This document shows, piece after piece, positions 1-15,103 of a DNA stretch of 64,000 bases. Numbering within the stretch: position 1 is the stretch's first letter; each line of letters begins with the position of its first letter. Source of the DNA: the human T2T-CHM13v2.0 reference genome, Homo sapiens; assembly GCF_009914755.1 (NCBI RefSeq), contig NC_060937.1; one strand, written 5' to 3'. Below the pieces are notes generated by a model. That model did not search any database and was not told where the DNA came from. It worked only from the letters and a program-made list of their open reading frames with translations. The position numbers were made by a program, and so were the translations under genes.

Positions 1-422
1 TGATGCTGTGCTACATTTTGTTTTCTGAGGATTATGCAAAAGAAGCATCTCTTACATGCCAAGAAATGCAACTAAAGGAAAAATTATTGCCAAATCCCTG
101 AACTAGATGAAAGAAATGTCAAAGCGTCAAAAGGCTGGTGTGACCAACAAACATATCATGCAAAGTTATCATTAAAGTTTTGTATCACAGTTTAATTGGA
201 AACACTTTTTTCTTTCCTAGCAGTATGTAAAATAGTAAGTGCCCCAAAGTCAATGACATCTGAAAAGCTCATTTAAAATAAATACTTCTAGAAGATTTGA
301 AGAATTCTTTGGGTTTAAGTAACTTATAAAAGCAGAATGCAAAATTACAGTCAAAATGATATAAGATAATTTTAAAATACTGTGGGAAAGTAAGAGTTAA
401 TACATCAAAATGTTAGAAGTCT

Positions 423-529
423 TCACCACAATACAATACATGCATGTAAGAAACCTGCAATTGTACCCCATAAATATGTAAAAACAATACTAGTAATTAA
501 TTACTTAGTTTTTAAAAAAATAAGTGCTA
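423..529 (+). mobile_element. Very short 5'-truncated L1 (L1PB/L1MA-type) 3' end
   Basis: ttcaccacaatacaatacatgcatgtaagaaacctgcaattgtaccccataaat resembles an L1PB/MA 3' terminus; perfect 16-bp TSD aaaatgttagaagtct at 407-422 and 530-545. Confidence 0.75.
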
Positions 530-3500
530 AAAATGTTAGAAGTCTATAAAATAAGATTATAATTTATCTTTATTTTCTTCTTTATGTTTTCCAAATTATT
601 GACAAAAGAATGTACATTTAATCAGTTAAAAAAATAATACTTAGAATATTAAAAACAAAAATGAAAATGTACCCTCCAGGCAACTTTAACCTCCCTTTAT
701 AGCCCATTATTGTTATTTATCTAAGCCTTTTTTTTTTTAAGTCCGTTTGTATTTCAAATTCTTCCTTTTCTATGAGAGGTACATTCTACAGGTTCACAAG
801 CTTGTGTTCCTAGATTGGGCCAGTGCATGTCAACCCAATCTAGAGTCTTCAGACTTTTATGATCTTCAATTATACTTTCTTGGCCTTTGCTATTCTAGCC
901 ACAAATGGTAGTTCATTATTTTTTTTCTCCAGATATTGACACTGTTTCAGAAAAATAAAGGAATTTCACAATTCATCTTTCTTAATGGTTATACTTATTT
1001 CCAGTCACTGCCCTAGGCTTTTCTGAAATCAGGTCTACAGCAGACCTAGTATATTTCTAAGTTATTTATCCATTGTGGTATCTTTTGAGTTCTTTCCCAT
1101 ATGACAGAAACTAAGACACAGAAAGGAAACATCTTTTCCTGGGTATATTAGTGATCAAAGGGCCTTTTCATTGACACATTTTGAGCCATGGACTTTCAGA
1201 TTATACCTTTCAGATCAAACACTAGAATTTCTAAGGTCATTGAGAAGATGAATGAGGACAGCAAAAGGTGATGATGGACAGAAATAGAAGACATGGGGTC
1301 TGAATTAAACCCCAGGACCAGGGGGCCCTGAATCAGCTGGATTCATACTGAGGAATACATCCCCAGGCAGTCTTTTCTCTCTGCCCTGGATCCAAGTTTT
1401 ACTGCATTTACAAACCCCACCTTTCTCCTCTTTTGTCTCTCTCACTCTTCTACTCTCAAAATAAACTATGTTCAACTACCACAAGCAGCCTTGGGTTGCA
1501 GATGGGAAGCAGGGTGAACCCCAACATTGCCTGTGTGGGCTCCTCATCAGTCACTGCTGACAGCCCTCCCTCAAACCAGCATCTCTGTCTCTGCTGTTGG
1601 CACGTTTCTGCCCTTGTGCCTCATGCAGTCTTCTGTCACTCACAGAATCTGCAGGTGGCCCTCCTGCAGATGTGGCCAGAGTATCAGAGTACCACCAATC
1701 GATTCCACAAATGAAGGATACCGTGCCTAAATTAAGATCTCCCACTGGCGCTATCAATCAGCCAAGAGCCTCAATTAAAATTTGATTACCAGAAGCTCTG
1801 TTTTCACTTCAGTCCCTCCTACAAGTCAATTCATTTGATGGTGTAATCATAAAATTATTTAGGCATTTAACTGCAGTCCATAAGCATGTTCAACTCCCTA
1901 TTTATGCCCTATCCCACCCCCAGCTAGTTAATTAATAAATAAGACCTGGCATGAATGCTACTCATCTACAACTAATAATAGATGTCTGAATTGGTCTGAG
2001 ATTGAAGTTCAGGACTTATTTTTCTTGGAGCTAGAAGTTTTCCAGAGACTTGGACATGAAGGCATGGTGGAATAAGATAGGATGCAGAGGATGTCATAGA
2101 AACATAGAACTCGCCTCAAATCAGTGACACGACTCATCAGGTCTGCACAGGGAGCAGAGTATACAGAGTACAAATTTGTAGGAAGGGGGAGCAGGGTCTG
2201 CTAACACTATCTTGTCACTGTTACATTAAGACCTAGACCTTCTAAAGTCAGAATCTGCCAAAAATAGTAAAATAAGGCTACATTTCATTGCTCCATCATG
2301 TGTGAGACATTCGTTAGCATTTCATGCAGGCAGGCAGAAAATTACTGGAGAAAGGAAGAAATCACATTCCAAGCTCATCCCCCACCAAGAGCTGCAAATT
2401 TGGCATTTCTGCACAGGAGGAAACAATACCCTGCTGGAAACAGACTCATCAACCCAACCCACAGGGAAAACACAGAGAAAGCAAAGGGAACTTCCATCTT
2501 TATTGCTCTCTGTATCTTGTGAGTATTTATCAGACTGAGGAACATTTCCTGTAATACTTACATAAATTCTCTTCTCAGCTAAAGTACTATGCTCCCTATC
2601 TGAATTCTGTTTCATTCATTAGAACTGAGGTATGATTAGCTTCTTTAATGATTAATATACTCACAATCTGTAGAAATGGGGAAAGAGGGAAAGAAAGGCA
2701 TATTAAGCCCAGAGCACTGGGAAGGGCTGGATTTCATCTGTGTCCCATTCTCTCAGCACTTTTCAGAAGTGGTCCCCTCTCTAATCATTTAAGCTGCCTC
2801 ACAGCCACAGATGATACACAGGCCTTGGATCCTGGATTTGACTTTCATCTTTGAGGTGACAGTCATGTTTCCTACTTGGCAGGCTCCCAATTACCAATGG
2901 CAATGGGGAATACGTGAACTAAACAAAGCCAAGCACTTCAAATACTTTACCTCATTCTTCATTGCACCTTTTAGCAAAACTGATTAAGAAGGGACATACT
3001 AGACTGTTTTCAATTTTACCTCTTCCTCCTTTAATTACCCTGCTTCTAGGAGAAGGATCACATGCAGCCAACTGTGTGTCAAAGGAAGACAACGTGGGCT
3101 GGATAATCAAGGCCTGAATTCCAAAGGATGGGTTATGTAACTGAGTCACTTCCACTTGGGGGATGAGGGCTTTACCTAGAGGCAGCCTAGAGTGGCCAGC
3201 CCGTGGCCTAAACATTGTTTTGCATGATAAATGCACGTTAATGCGAGAGGACAAAATGAAAAACTATTACATTGTCTTAAGCATGTGGCTTTGAATTGAC
3301 TTTCTTTCACCTGCCTCTAAACTACGTCATGCTGCCGCTTGCAGTGGCCTGGCAGCTTTCCACTGCTGTTGTCGCTACTCATTCCAGGCTGATGTCTCTC
3401 AGATTGCAGCACCAAACCTTAGACCCTTTTCTTTTAATTCTCTATCAGATTCATTCCACATTGTCCAGCTCCGACGGTTCCACTTCAAATGATTTTTTTA

Positions 3501-3585
3501 ATCTGAGATTTAGCCATTTAAAAACCATATTTTTGCAGAATACTCAATGATACAGGAAGTGTCATAATATACAGATTTATATATA

Positions 3586-3871
3586 TTTTTTGAGACAGTC
3601 TGTCTCTGTCACGCAGGCTAGAGTGTAGTGGTGCAATCTTGGCTCACTGCAACCTCTACCTCCTGGGTTCAAGCAGTTCTCGTGCCTCAGCCTCCTGAGT
3701 AGCTGGGATTACAGGCACACACCACCATACCTAGCAAATTTTTGTATTTTTAGTAGAGACGGGCTTTCACCATGTTGGCCAGGCTGGTCTCGAACTCCTG
3801 ACCTCAAGTGATCAGGCTGCCTCAGCCTCCTGAAGTCCTGGGATCACAGGCATGAGCCACCACGCCTGGCC
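3586..3871 (-). mobile_element. Alu (AluS-type)
   Basis: Full dimer on minus strand, tgagacag...cacgcctggcc, with tgacctcaagtgatc. Confidence 0.95.
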
Positions 3872-3912
3872 TCATCATATAATATTACATAAAAAACATA
3901 TATGCAATATGA

Positions 3913-4288
<376 letters not shown>

Positions 4289-4624
4289 CAAAATATCGGT
4301 CTCAATCATTTATTGGCAATGGAATCAGGAGTAATTTTAATTTTCTTTTCTGTACTTTCAGGAATTTTCTAAATGCAGTATATATTTTTACAAGCAGAAA
4401 AAAAAATCATCTTTTCCAACTACTATACAGATGTTGGATATTCCTCAGTTTAAACCTGCATTTTATCATCTATTTGTACCATATTCTACTCCACTAATTT
4501 CACTTCCTATCTTCTGGATTCCCCAAATCCCACGTGGTTCAACATTGTTTCCGGCTTCCAGGATGCAAACTTAGCAAGCAGGCTGACTTCTGGATGACTC
4601 CTCACCACATCTTGTGGCAGGAAG

Positions 4625-4782
4625 CAGAATGAGCCAGGACTATCTTCTAGCTCTCATCTACCCCAGATATAATACAGGGACCTTGAAAATTCCTCTTAGC
4701 TCTCTGGGCCTCCTTCTCCCCATATAAAAACTGAAAGATTAGGATGAATGTCCCTAAAGGCCCATCCAGCATAAAATTTCTA
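4625..4782 (+). mobile_element. MIR-family SINE remnant
   Basis: ctctctgggcctcc...ccccatataaaaactg and ctaaaggcccatccagc...aaaatttcta, MIR3/MIRc-like. Confidence 0.5.
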
Positions 4783-6237
4783 CTTTTCATCAGCTGCTAG
4801 ATCCGACTGCAGCAGCAAGTTCTAATTGCCATGAGTGTGAGGTTACTGCAACGTCCCACTCACAGGCAAGTGATTCTCATTCAGCAGGAACTGGTGAAAG
4901 CTGAAAGTCATAAATATTCAGGAAATCTAACATACTGTTTTATATCAGAATGAACCTCTCAGGCAAAATATTCATTGCAGATGTATATGCAACCCAAATA
5001 TCTGTAGTATGGAAAACCAGGAGAGGGGGAGAGTGCTGAAAAAAGAGAAAGGCAAAATGGGCTTTCAGAAACATTAAATTATGTAATATACCAGACATAA
5101 ATAAGGAGTTAGCTGTCTACCCAGCATTTAAGTTTAATGAATTCTGAATTCATCTGAATCATCAATTGGCTCAAGTATAAATACCTGGAATGATTATTAT
5201 AATCTGATCTAAACAATTAATCTTAGAAAGTATAACTCAACCTGGGTGGAAGTATTGACATGTCAAGGTTAATTTCTTAAAATTATACAAGTAACACATG
5301 AATTCACTATAAAATAAAAGTCAAACCATGCAGATGTACACCAAGTAAACATCTGGAAGTTCCTCCTTATCTCATCCTCTCCCATCCCACTCTTCCAACC
5401 ACAGGCAAGTGATGTTTTAGACCCTTCTTGGTCTAAATGTACATATCTTCACATTGTTTCTGTCTCTTTCACATGGCACTATGAGAGTATCTATAAACAT
5501 TAGATGTCTTTGTCCTGTCAGATTTAACCAAAAACTTGACAAATTTCTTATTAAAATGGAATCCTTGCTTTTCGAGGGAAAATCTATTATTTATAACTTC
5601 TAGAATCAATTCTAACCATTATTCTCTATCTCTGTAAATCTTATCTTTAAGGTAATAAGCAAATAAGCATCAATATTAAAGGAAAAAATGTTACTAGGAC
5701 AGTAAGAGCAGCACAGAAGCCACTGTGTACAGTTATGGCCTTCTAAACATAGGCATCTGCAGACTTCGATTAGCCCAGGCCTTAACTGAGCTCAACAGAT
5801 GCCCCCAGGTTAATTATCATTTGAAGATATAATCACTCCAGACTCTGCCTTGGGAATTAGCATCACAACTCTTCCTTCTCACTGCCAAGGTTCTGCAAAA
5901 CTATTCCCAGACAGAGCTGAGGGTTTGGAAAGCAAGAATCAGGATACTTTGGAGGTTCTAGAAGTCCAGAGATGGCTCTTCAAAGATCAGACTCCTAAGG
6001 TTTAATGTTAAAACACCACCAGGACTATGTTTATATATGTTTAAATGCTAACATGACTCTGTATTACTGGCAAAACCAATTCTATGGAATAAAAGTCAAT
6101 GAAGATTTTGCAGAGATTGCTTGTATATATAGCCAATACGAAAAAAATTAATTCAAAAAATTAATATAATTAATCAGATGGCTCAGTTTGAAAGAATTAT
6201 TATATTGGCTCTGGGGAGGGGAATAAATCTTTTTATT

Positions 6238-6362
6238 ATTTATTGAGTGCTTGATATTCTAAGCACCTTACATGAGGTAACCAATTTAATTTCACAACAC
6301 ATGTAAAAGAAAGTACTATATCATCCCAATTTTAAAGAAGAGGAAACTAAAGAACAGAGAGC
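6238..6362 (-). mobile_element. MIR
   Basis: tttattgagtgctt...cccaattttaaagaagaggaaactaaag (MIR core, reverse strand). Confidence 0.65.
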
Positions 6363-6364
6363 TT

Positions 6365-6707
6365 GTCAGCTTCATCTTCACAGGATCTGGGCTCTCCCTC
6401 CTAGTAGCAAAATGCAGCAGTTTTAGCCTTCACACCTTTATGTCTCTTTCCAGAGAAAAAGAAAGTCTTCTCTGGATTCACATTCTCATTAGCATGATTG
6501 TGTTACATGCTCTTGTCGTGCGGACAGGGAGGCTGGGATATGACTAGAACAAGCCAATCAGAGCCTACACCTAAGGGCATGTGGTGGCATCAACACCACC
6601 TAAGCTTCCTAGCTGAGAAGGGAGGGAAGTCAATCCCCCCCACCCCAAGGTGTTAGGAGAAGGGAAGTAATGGATACTGGGGAGGTGACCACCAAATATC
6701 TGCTCTA
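6365..6707 (-). mobile_element. Old MaLR LTR (MLT1J/K/L-like)
   Basis: Degenerate MLT1 motifs such as tagcaaaatgcagcag, agccaatcagagcctacacc and aatggatactgggga. Confidence 0.45.
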
Positions 6708-9449
6708 GAACTCATTAGCCAGAAACAAAGAAACTGAAAGTTTCTCTAACCATATAATTATAATTATATTCCAACTTGAAATTATAAATTCCTATTGGCA
6801 TTATTTGTTCTGAAACAGTATGTCTTACATGCAGTAGCTTTTTAAAGAAAACCCAAATTTATAGTCTATCCTGTCTGCCCCCAAATCAAACTACAACAGG
6901 TTATCATACATGCTAGGCACTGTGAGCAATATAGATGGTCATTTTTGTCAGGAATGTTTATCATGCAGAACTAAGACTATCATTCTTTTTGATTGGAGGA
7001 AAACAGATTTCCAATGAGGAAATTCTTTCTATGTAGTCGTCTTTTATGTATTTGTTACTTCGCCCTTGAACTGTGGATTTGTTGCTTTGCTTACATGCAA
7101 GCAAAACACATGAGTGAAATGAAGAACTCTATGAGTCCTTACAACATACTCAGAATTATTCATCTGCTTTTATTCTAAATAGATAATTAGCTACCCAATT
7201 TAAAATATGTTCTCAAATGAAGATGCCACAGCATTCCCTGGGAACACACTTTAAAGTTTAATGACCTTCACTGGCAGCATGATGCTCATATTAGAACTAA
7301 CATGGAACTCAATTTAATCCATGAAGATTTGTTAAGGTAGAGTGCCTGCTATGGGAACATCTTGATGCTCATGCCCATGTCTTGATAGAAGATATCCTCT
7401 ACATTAGCCTTCACAAACAAGTAGACCACAGTTGGTTCTGTACCTGCTAATCAACATCTATGTAGGTATATGTATTTAAATAGCTGCACTAGGAAAAAAT
7501 GGCATGCCAAAAAAGGTGTAAACTCTATCCTCAACCTTACCTCTCCAGAATACATGTTCTCATTTTGTTTTCCTAGTCCTTCATGGTTTCCATGGCTTTA
7601 CTCTGAGCCTTCTGCTAGTTTTCCACAGCTATGATAAATCGATGTCTCAAAACTGAAATCCATAAATAGAAACAACCAGTGGACTCTAGAAAAATAGTGG
7701 TTTATCATGGGAAGCAGATTCCCAACCAGAAGATTTCACATTAAGCTGTGTTTGAATGGAAAAGAAAAATAAATATAAAACTGAAAGAGTCAACATAACA
7801 GATATCAACTCACAATCGGGAGAAACACTTCGTATCATTGTTACTAGGGATGACTAATCCAATAAATGTCTTAGCTAACACCAGCTGCCCATAATCTAAA
7901 TATACCAGCAACCATTCCCAGGCCTACAATGTGCGTACATGCTATTGAGAAGTATCATTCTATCAAAGCCTAAGGAGCCTCAAAGCTCATTCAGGTCTGA
8001 GCCTGAACAAGCTGCAAAACATTTCAAACCTCTCCAAGGTGAATTAAAGCTCCAGAGAAGGCAAATTAGAGGGGTGACTGAGATCCTCTCATTTAATGCA
8101 AGAATCCCTCTACAACAGTACATATCCACTGATCCAGCAGCAGGGAGCTGGGCAAGGCTGCTCCAACAATGCTTGTCAAGTTTTAAATACTGGGAAGCCA
8201 CTCCTCATACTAAGTCAAAACCTCCTCTCTGTCATTCCTACCAAAATATGCCTAACCTTTCTTGCAATGACAAGACTTCAACTACAGGAAGACAGCTATC
8301 ATGTTGCCTACTCAGTCATGTCATCTACTGTCTTCCTCATAGGACATCCTACAGCCTGAATATGTTTTGCATCTTTCTCCTCGTCACTTTTGTGAAGTGA
8401 TACAAAAATCTAGAATTTCCAAAAAACATACCTGCTTCCTTTTCCTACTATATTTCTTTTTGTGACAGGTGTTTATTCCACTTTGTAGTCTCTCAGAATT
8501 GAATAAGTGAACCAGTATACACAATAATAAACACTCACCCTGATTTTTTTTTTTTGTCATGAGTTACCATTTATACTGCTTTGTGTCTGTTTAAACTATG
8601 CTCAACTGATTTCCTCTACCCTTGAGTCTCCCTATATCCAATCTCCTCCATTCAATCATTCTTGCCCTGTGGATTAAGTTCAGGTAGCAAATGCCTCTCT
8701 ATTCTACAACATCTAATTGATCCTGCCGGTGTGACATTTCAATCTCGGCTTCATCTGGAGAAGCAGCGTCATGTGAGATGGTAAAATACTATAGAGAAAA
8801 AAAAAAACAGAAACAGGAAAAGCTTATTAACCTTTGAAACATGATAGTACATTCTGTGCTTCTCTTAACACCTGATCATTTTCTAAGCCCTACAACTTTC
8901 CATTTATTATGCCCTAGGTGACTAAGTGATGCTTTTACAAACAGAATGTGAGATGCTGTTTTGTTTTTGTGTAATTTTGTGGCAGTTTCACAAACTCGGA
9001 GAGATTGGAGTAATGATCAACTATGAAACACAAGACCTGAGTTCCAAACACCATGCTGCTCTGTCAGGACATTTCTATGTTGTTATGTAGATAGCTGATG
9101 CTAAAATGTAACTCCAAAAAGTGGAATCCTAACCTCCTCTGAAAAATCTGAGTTATAATCCCAGGTCAGAACAAAGTGTCCAACATAGAGCTAGCTTCTG
9201 CTATATATAGCACCTTCGCATCTCTTAACTCAGTTATACTTCAGAACGTCCTGCCAAGACCAGGAAAATGGGCTCCATTTCACCAATGAGGTCACTGAGG
9301 CTTGGAGACTTGTGACGTGATGAAGCTCACCTAAGTGCCAGATAGAGTTAAGATAAGAAATAAATCAACAATTGATTCAGTATACTACATTCTTCAGCGT
9401 TTGTCACAGCCCCTCATTTGTGAGGTCTAATATTACAAAAGTTAACTAC

Positions 9450-9778
<329 letters not shown>

Positions 9779-10449
9779 TAAAGTTAACTTCTGCTTTTAC
9801 TTGCCTTAGATTTTGACAAGTGATATAAGCAGAAGAAACAGTGAGAGAGGAAGAAATTTCCTAAGATGGCTGCAAACATATGTCCTAAATGACACAGCAC
9901 CAGGGCACTGCCCGGCAACCAACCTTCCTCATGGCCTCAGAGAACTGTGGTAGTGAGAGGCCATTATATGCTGCTGATGACACATGAACACCACAGGGTT
10001 CACTTAGCATCTGCTGGTGGCCACACCTCCTTCTTCTTCTTGCTGCAGAACCCTGACTCCAGATACTGTTTTAAGTGTGTGTACAGGACCCTCGAAATAC
10101 TGGATCTTGAAATAATAACCAATTTTCCACTTTCTCTGGGTTGAGGTATAAAAACCTATTTTTAAAATGTTTGATGGGAAAAAGGGAGAAAATTTTTTCT
10201 TTCTTGTTTTTTGAAAGCATGGGGAAGTTTCCCGCTGAAATTTTTTTAGAAAAAAAGAAAGGGAAAAAAATGCATGGAGGTAGGGGGACAGTTTTGCTTC
10301 TGAAATTTTCCAGATATTTCTGAACCTTCATACCACTTACTCTGGGATTAATCACATGAATATCAAGAGCCTTTTTTAGGTAACTAAGCACAGAACAATT
10401 TTCTAATCTCTGCTTTGCCATTTTCTTTATAATTGTGGGCTAGTGACAT

Positions 10450-10540
10450 ATGTTCCTTCATCTATAAAATGGTGATAATATTAGCCTACTCCAGGGAGAT
10501 TCTGTAAGAATAATAGAAGAAAAGCCTTTAAGCCCAGCTT
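10450..10540 (+). mobile_element. MIR fragment
   Basis: ttccttcatctataaaatggtgataata (MIR core). Confidence 0.55.
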
Positions 10541-10825
10541 TAGCAACCACCCCCATAGACAGAGGCTTCTAAGGGACTTGCGAGGAGTAAGAGGGAGCAG
10601 AGGGAGTGGGAACGTGGCAGAAAACGCAGAGAGAGAAGCCCTGCCCACTTTATCCAAGGTAAAACATCCTAGCTTATCTCTTTCTAACACAAGCTCTCTC
10701 CCATGATTAAGTCCACTTTCTGGTCCAGCAGTTTCTCCACCAGACCACATCCAGTTCCCAGAGAGCTATTATCCCTACATTAAAGTTCCTTGATTAAGAT
10801 TTTGTTTGAAAAGTCCACATTTCTA

Positions 10826-11459
<634 letters not shown>

Positions 11460-12165
11460 ACTACACAACGTATGTTAATGCTATGGCTAAAGATTCAGTC
11501 ATTAAGAAAATTACAGTAATGTGGAGTCTGTTGACTTTTCACCTTGGAGACCAAACACATTACTATTCACTTCCTGCTTTAGTTGTTAAATGATTGGCAA
11601 GCTCATAAAGCCCCGTATCACTAAGACAACAGCTGAGAGTAGACCATCTTGTGATTCTTACATACACAGTCAGCCTTGGAGGTGATAAAGTAATATTCAC
11701 CATTGGACAACTGAGGAAAACAGAGACTAACTTCAGCTGAACACTATCGTGAGAGAATTGTAAAAAATAAAATAAAATAAAGCCACAACTTCATTGAATT
11801 TAAGAGGAAATTACACAAAGTAAACTTCTTTTTGCTTATCCACTTAAATAATATTTAACGCTACTAGTAGCTTTGAAATGTCCACTCTTATACTAAAAGC
11901 AAACGTAGTTCACAGAGAATGTATATCAGTAATAACAGATCAAGCCACTAACAAAAAAAATCAAAATTCAAAACATAGAAACATAAGAGGGTTTTTTTAA
12001 TCATAAACATCAGTGTTTGTTAAATTACTAGGACATATTTAACAATACTCACTTCTTGAAAAAAAAAAAAGGCAGGCCTCTTAAGTGTACTTGTATATCG
12101 ACTTAAAATGTGATGATCCCACTTTTTAATTAAATAAAAATAAAAACCAAATTCTATGGAATTTG

Positions 12166-12482
12166 GGTTTTTTTGCTGTTTTGTTTTTTTGTTTTCGAGA
12201 CAGAGTTCCACTCTTTTGCCCCAGCTGGCGTGCAGTGGCACGATCCTGGCTCACTGCAGCCTCGACCTCCTCAGGCTCAGGTGATCCTCCCACATCAGCC
12301 TCCCAAGTAGCTAGGACTACAGGCGCAGGCCACCACACCTGACTAATTTTTGTATTTTTTTTGTAGAGACAGGGTTTTGCCATGTTGTCCAGGCTGGTCT
12401 TGAATTTCTGGGCTCAAGCGATCCTCCTTCCTGGGCCTCCCAAAGTACTGGGATTACAGACATGAGCCCCCACGCCCAGCCT
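12166..12482 (-). mobile_element. AluJ
   Basis: Full dimer; TSD ttctat(g/t)gaatttg at ~12150-12165 and ~12483-12498. Confidence 0.92.
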
Positions 12483-12730
12483 ATTTCTATTGAATTTGAT
12501 CAAAATGTTTATCCATAAATATAACTAAATAACAACTTACTCCTTCTCTAAACAAAATTAAGACAAAAGATATACTCATCAAGCATAAAACCTGACAGTT
12601 TTTAGTTTAGATTACAAATTCATTCCCCTTTTCCTTTCCAACTTCCTGTTTTGTATCATAAGCCAGCCCCCTCTACACTTGAGATCCCTTCCCTGAATAT
12701 GTCCAAAGACCAGTGATCCTGCTGTAATTT

Positions 12731-12868
12731 TTTTCCAAAGTTATTTTTAATTAAGTTGTATGTATTTATGACATACAACATGATGAAGTGTATATATACA
12801 CTGTGGAGTGGTTAAATCCAGCTGATTAGCATGTACATCGCCTTATAGTTATGATTTTTGTGGTGAGA
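12731..12868 (-). mobile_element. Short L1MA 3' end
   Basis: ttgtatgtatttatgacatacaacatgatg...tttttgtggtgaga; TSD gctgtaattt at 12721-12730 and 12869-12878. Confidence 0.8.
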
Positions 12869-13194
12869 GCTGTAATTTCAACCCCCTCTCACTTTCTCTC
12901 TCTATGCATTTTCATCCACCTTTTCAATCATTATGAAATTAATGATCTGTTTATGTCCAAGTCACTAGTGAAGCACTCCATAAATCAACAGATGTGTTTT
13001 TGATTCAGAGCATTACCCTCGTTCCTTCCAAGCTAAATCCTAAAAAGGAAATCATTCCATTTAGAGAAAATTATCTCCACAAAATAATCTTCAAATAAGT
13101 GTTTCATGCCCTTCAAAATCCATATCAAATCTAAGACTTTGATCATGAGGTATTCAGCACTATCATGGCAAGATAGTATTTTAAAAATGGCTTA

Positions 13195-13590
<396 letters not shown>

Positions 13591-13797
13591 TATCTATAAA
13601 TCAAATAAAAATATGTAAGTATTCTTGTAATAGTTGTGTATATTTGTGTTTAATATTTTGACAACTCAGCACCCACTTCTCCTTCCTATAGGACACAAAT
13701 GTCTTTTGGAGAATTACATTTTTTAATTAAATAGTCTTGCTGCAACAATAAATCCAAGTGCCTACCTCCCAGGAGATTCCCTTCTTCTTAAATTACC

Positions 13798-14173
13798 TGT
13801 ATTAGTCCATTCTCACACTGCTAATAAAGACATACCCAAGACGGGGTAATTTATAAAGGAAAGAGGCTTAATTGACTCACAGTTCAGCATGGCTGAGGAA
13901 GGCCTCAGGAAACTTACAATCATAGTGGAAGGGGAAGCAAACATGTCCTTCTTCGTATGGTGACAGGAAGGTGAATGAGTGCTCAGTGAAGTGAGAAGCC
14001 CTTTATAAAACCATCAGATCTCGTGAGAACTAACTCACTATCATGAAAACAGGATAGAGGAAACCACCCCCATGTTTCAATTATCTCCACCTGGTTCTTC
14101 CCACGACACCTGGAGATTACTGGAACTACAATTTAAGATGAGATTTGGGTGGGGACACAGCAAAACCATATCA
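13798..14173 (-). mobile_element. THE1 solo LTR (MaLR)
   Basis: tgtattagtccattctcacactgct...ggggacacagcaaaaccatatca; 5-bp TSD ttacc on both sides. Confidence 0.93.
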
Positions 14174-14593
14174 TTACCCAAAGTCAGTTTCTGTTGCCTA
14201 CAACCCATGGACCCTGACTGTTACTGTTACTTATGAAATAAACCCTGAGTAAGAACACATCAGTATTTGCACTCTGGGCAATTACTATATATGGGAAGAT
14301 GCATTCTCTTAATCAGTGAGTAAATAGGATCCAGGGAAGTTGAATTTTCAGGCAGAAAGGTTGCCAGGAGCTCTCTCCAGGGAAATGGCAAGAGCTGAGA
14401 AGACATCATTTTAAGACATTTCACAAGCTTTTGTGAATGACAAAGGGGACACAGAGAAGGAAGTTTCACAAGTCCAGATGAAAGCTGGTCAAGACCCAGA
14501 GCACAGCAGAGGTAGTAGAGATAGAGGGGCAATTATAATTTTTTTAAAAAAGAAGAAAATTCAGGATTTTATTATGGGGAGAATGGCAGCAAA

Positions 14594-14705
14594 CATATAT
14601 ATATACACATATGCACACACATATATATACACACACATACATTTTTATATACACATACATATATATATAATACACACCACACAAACACACACACACACAC
14701 ACACA
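14594..14705. repeat. Compound (TA)n/(CA)n microsatellite
   Basis: Seen directly. Confidence 0.95.
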
Positions 14706-14740
14706 TAATCTCCAGACTTGGTGGTGTGTTCTGAAATTTG

Positions 14741-15103
14741 TTGCCCAGGCTGGAGTGCAGTGGCACAATCCTGGCTCACTACACCGTTGACCTCCCCAGG
14801 CTCAGGTGATCCTCATGCCTCAGTCTCTCAAAGTGCTAGGATTACATGTGTGAGCCACCACACCCAGCCTATTGCTATTGAATTTAATCAAAATGTTTAT
14901 CCATAAATATAGCTAAATAACAACTTACTCCTTCTCTAAGCAAAATTAAGACAAAAGATGTACTCATCAAACATAAAATCTAACAGTTTTTAGTTTAGAT
15001 TTGCAAGTCTTAAAATGACCTAGGCTGGATGATTATAAATTCCCCTTTTCCTTTCCAACTTGTTTTGTGTCATAAGCCAGACCCCTCTACACTTGAGATC
15101 CCT
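14741..15103. repeat. Local duplicate of ~12217-12689 (collapsed Alu monomer plus ~230 bp of flank)
   Basis: 14870-15103 aligns by eye to 12483-12689; flanked by 33-bp direct repeats at 14708-14740 and 15126-15158. Confidence 0.9.

Noticed and set aside
1644-1726. Minus-strand exon-like segment (tttag|...|gtgagt)
   Set aside because: Weak polypyrimidine tract, isolated, peptide not recognised
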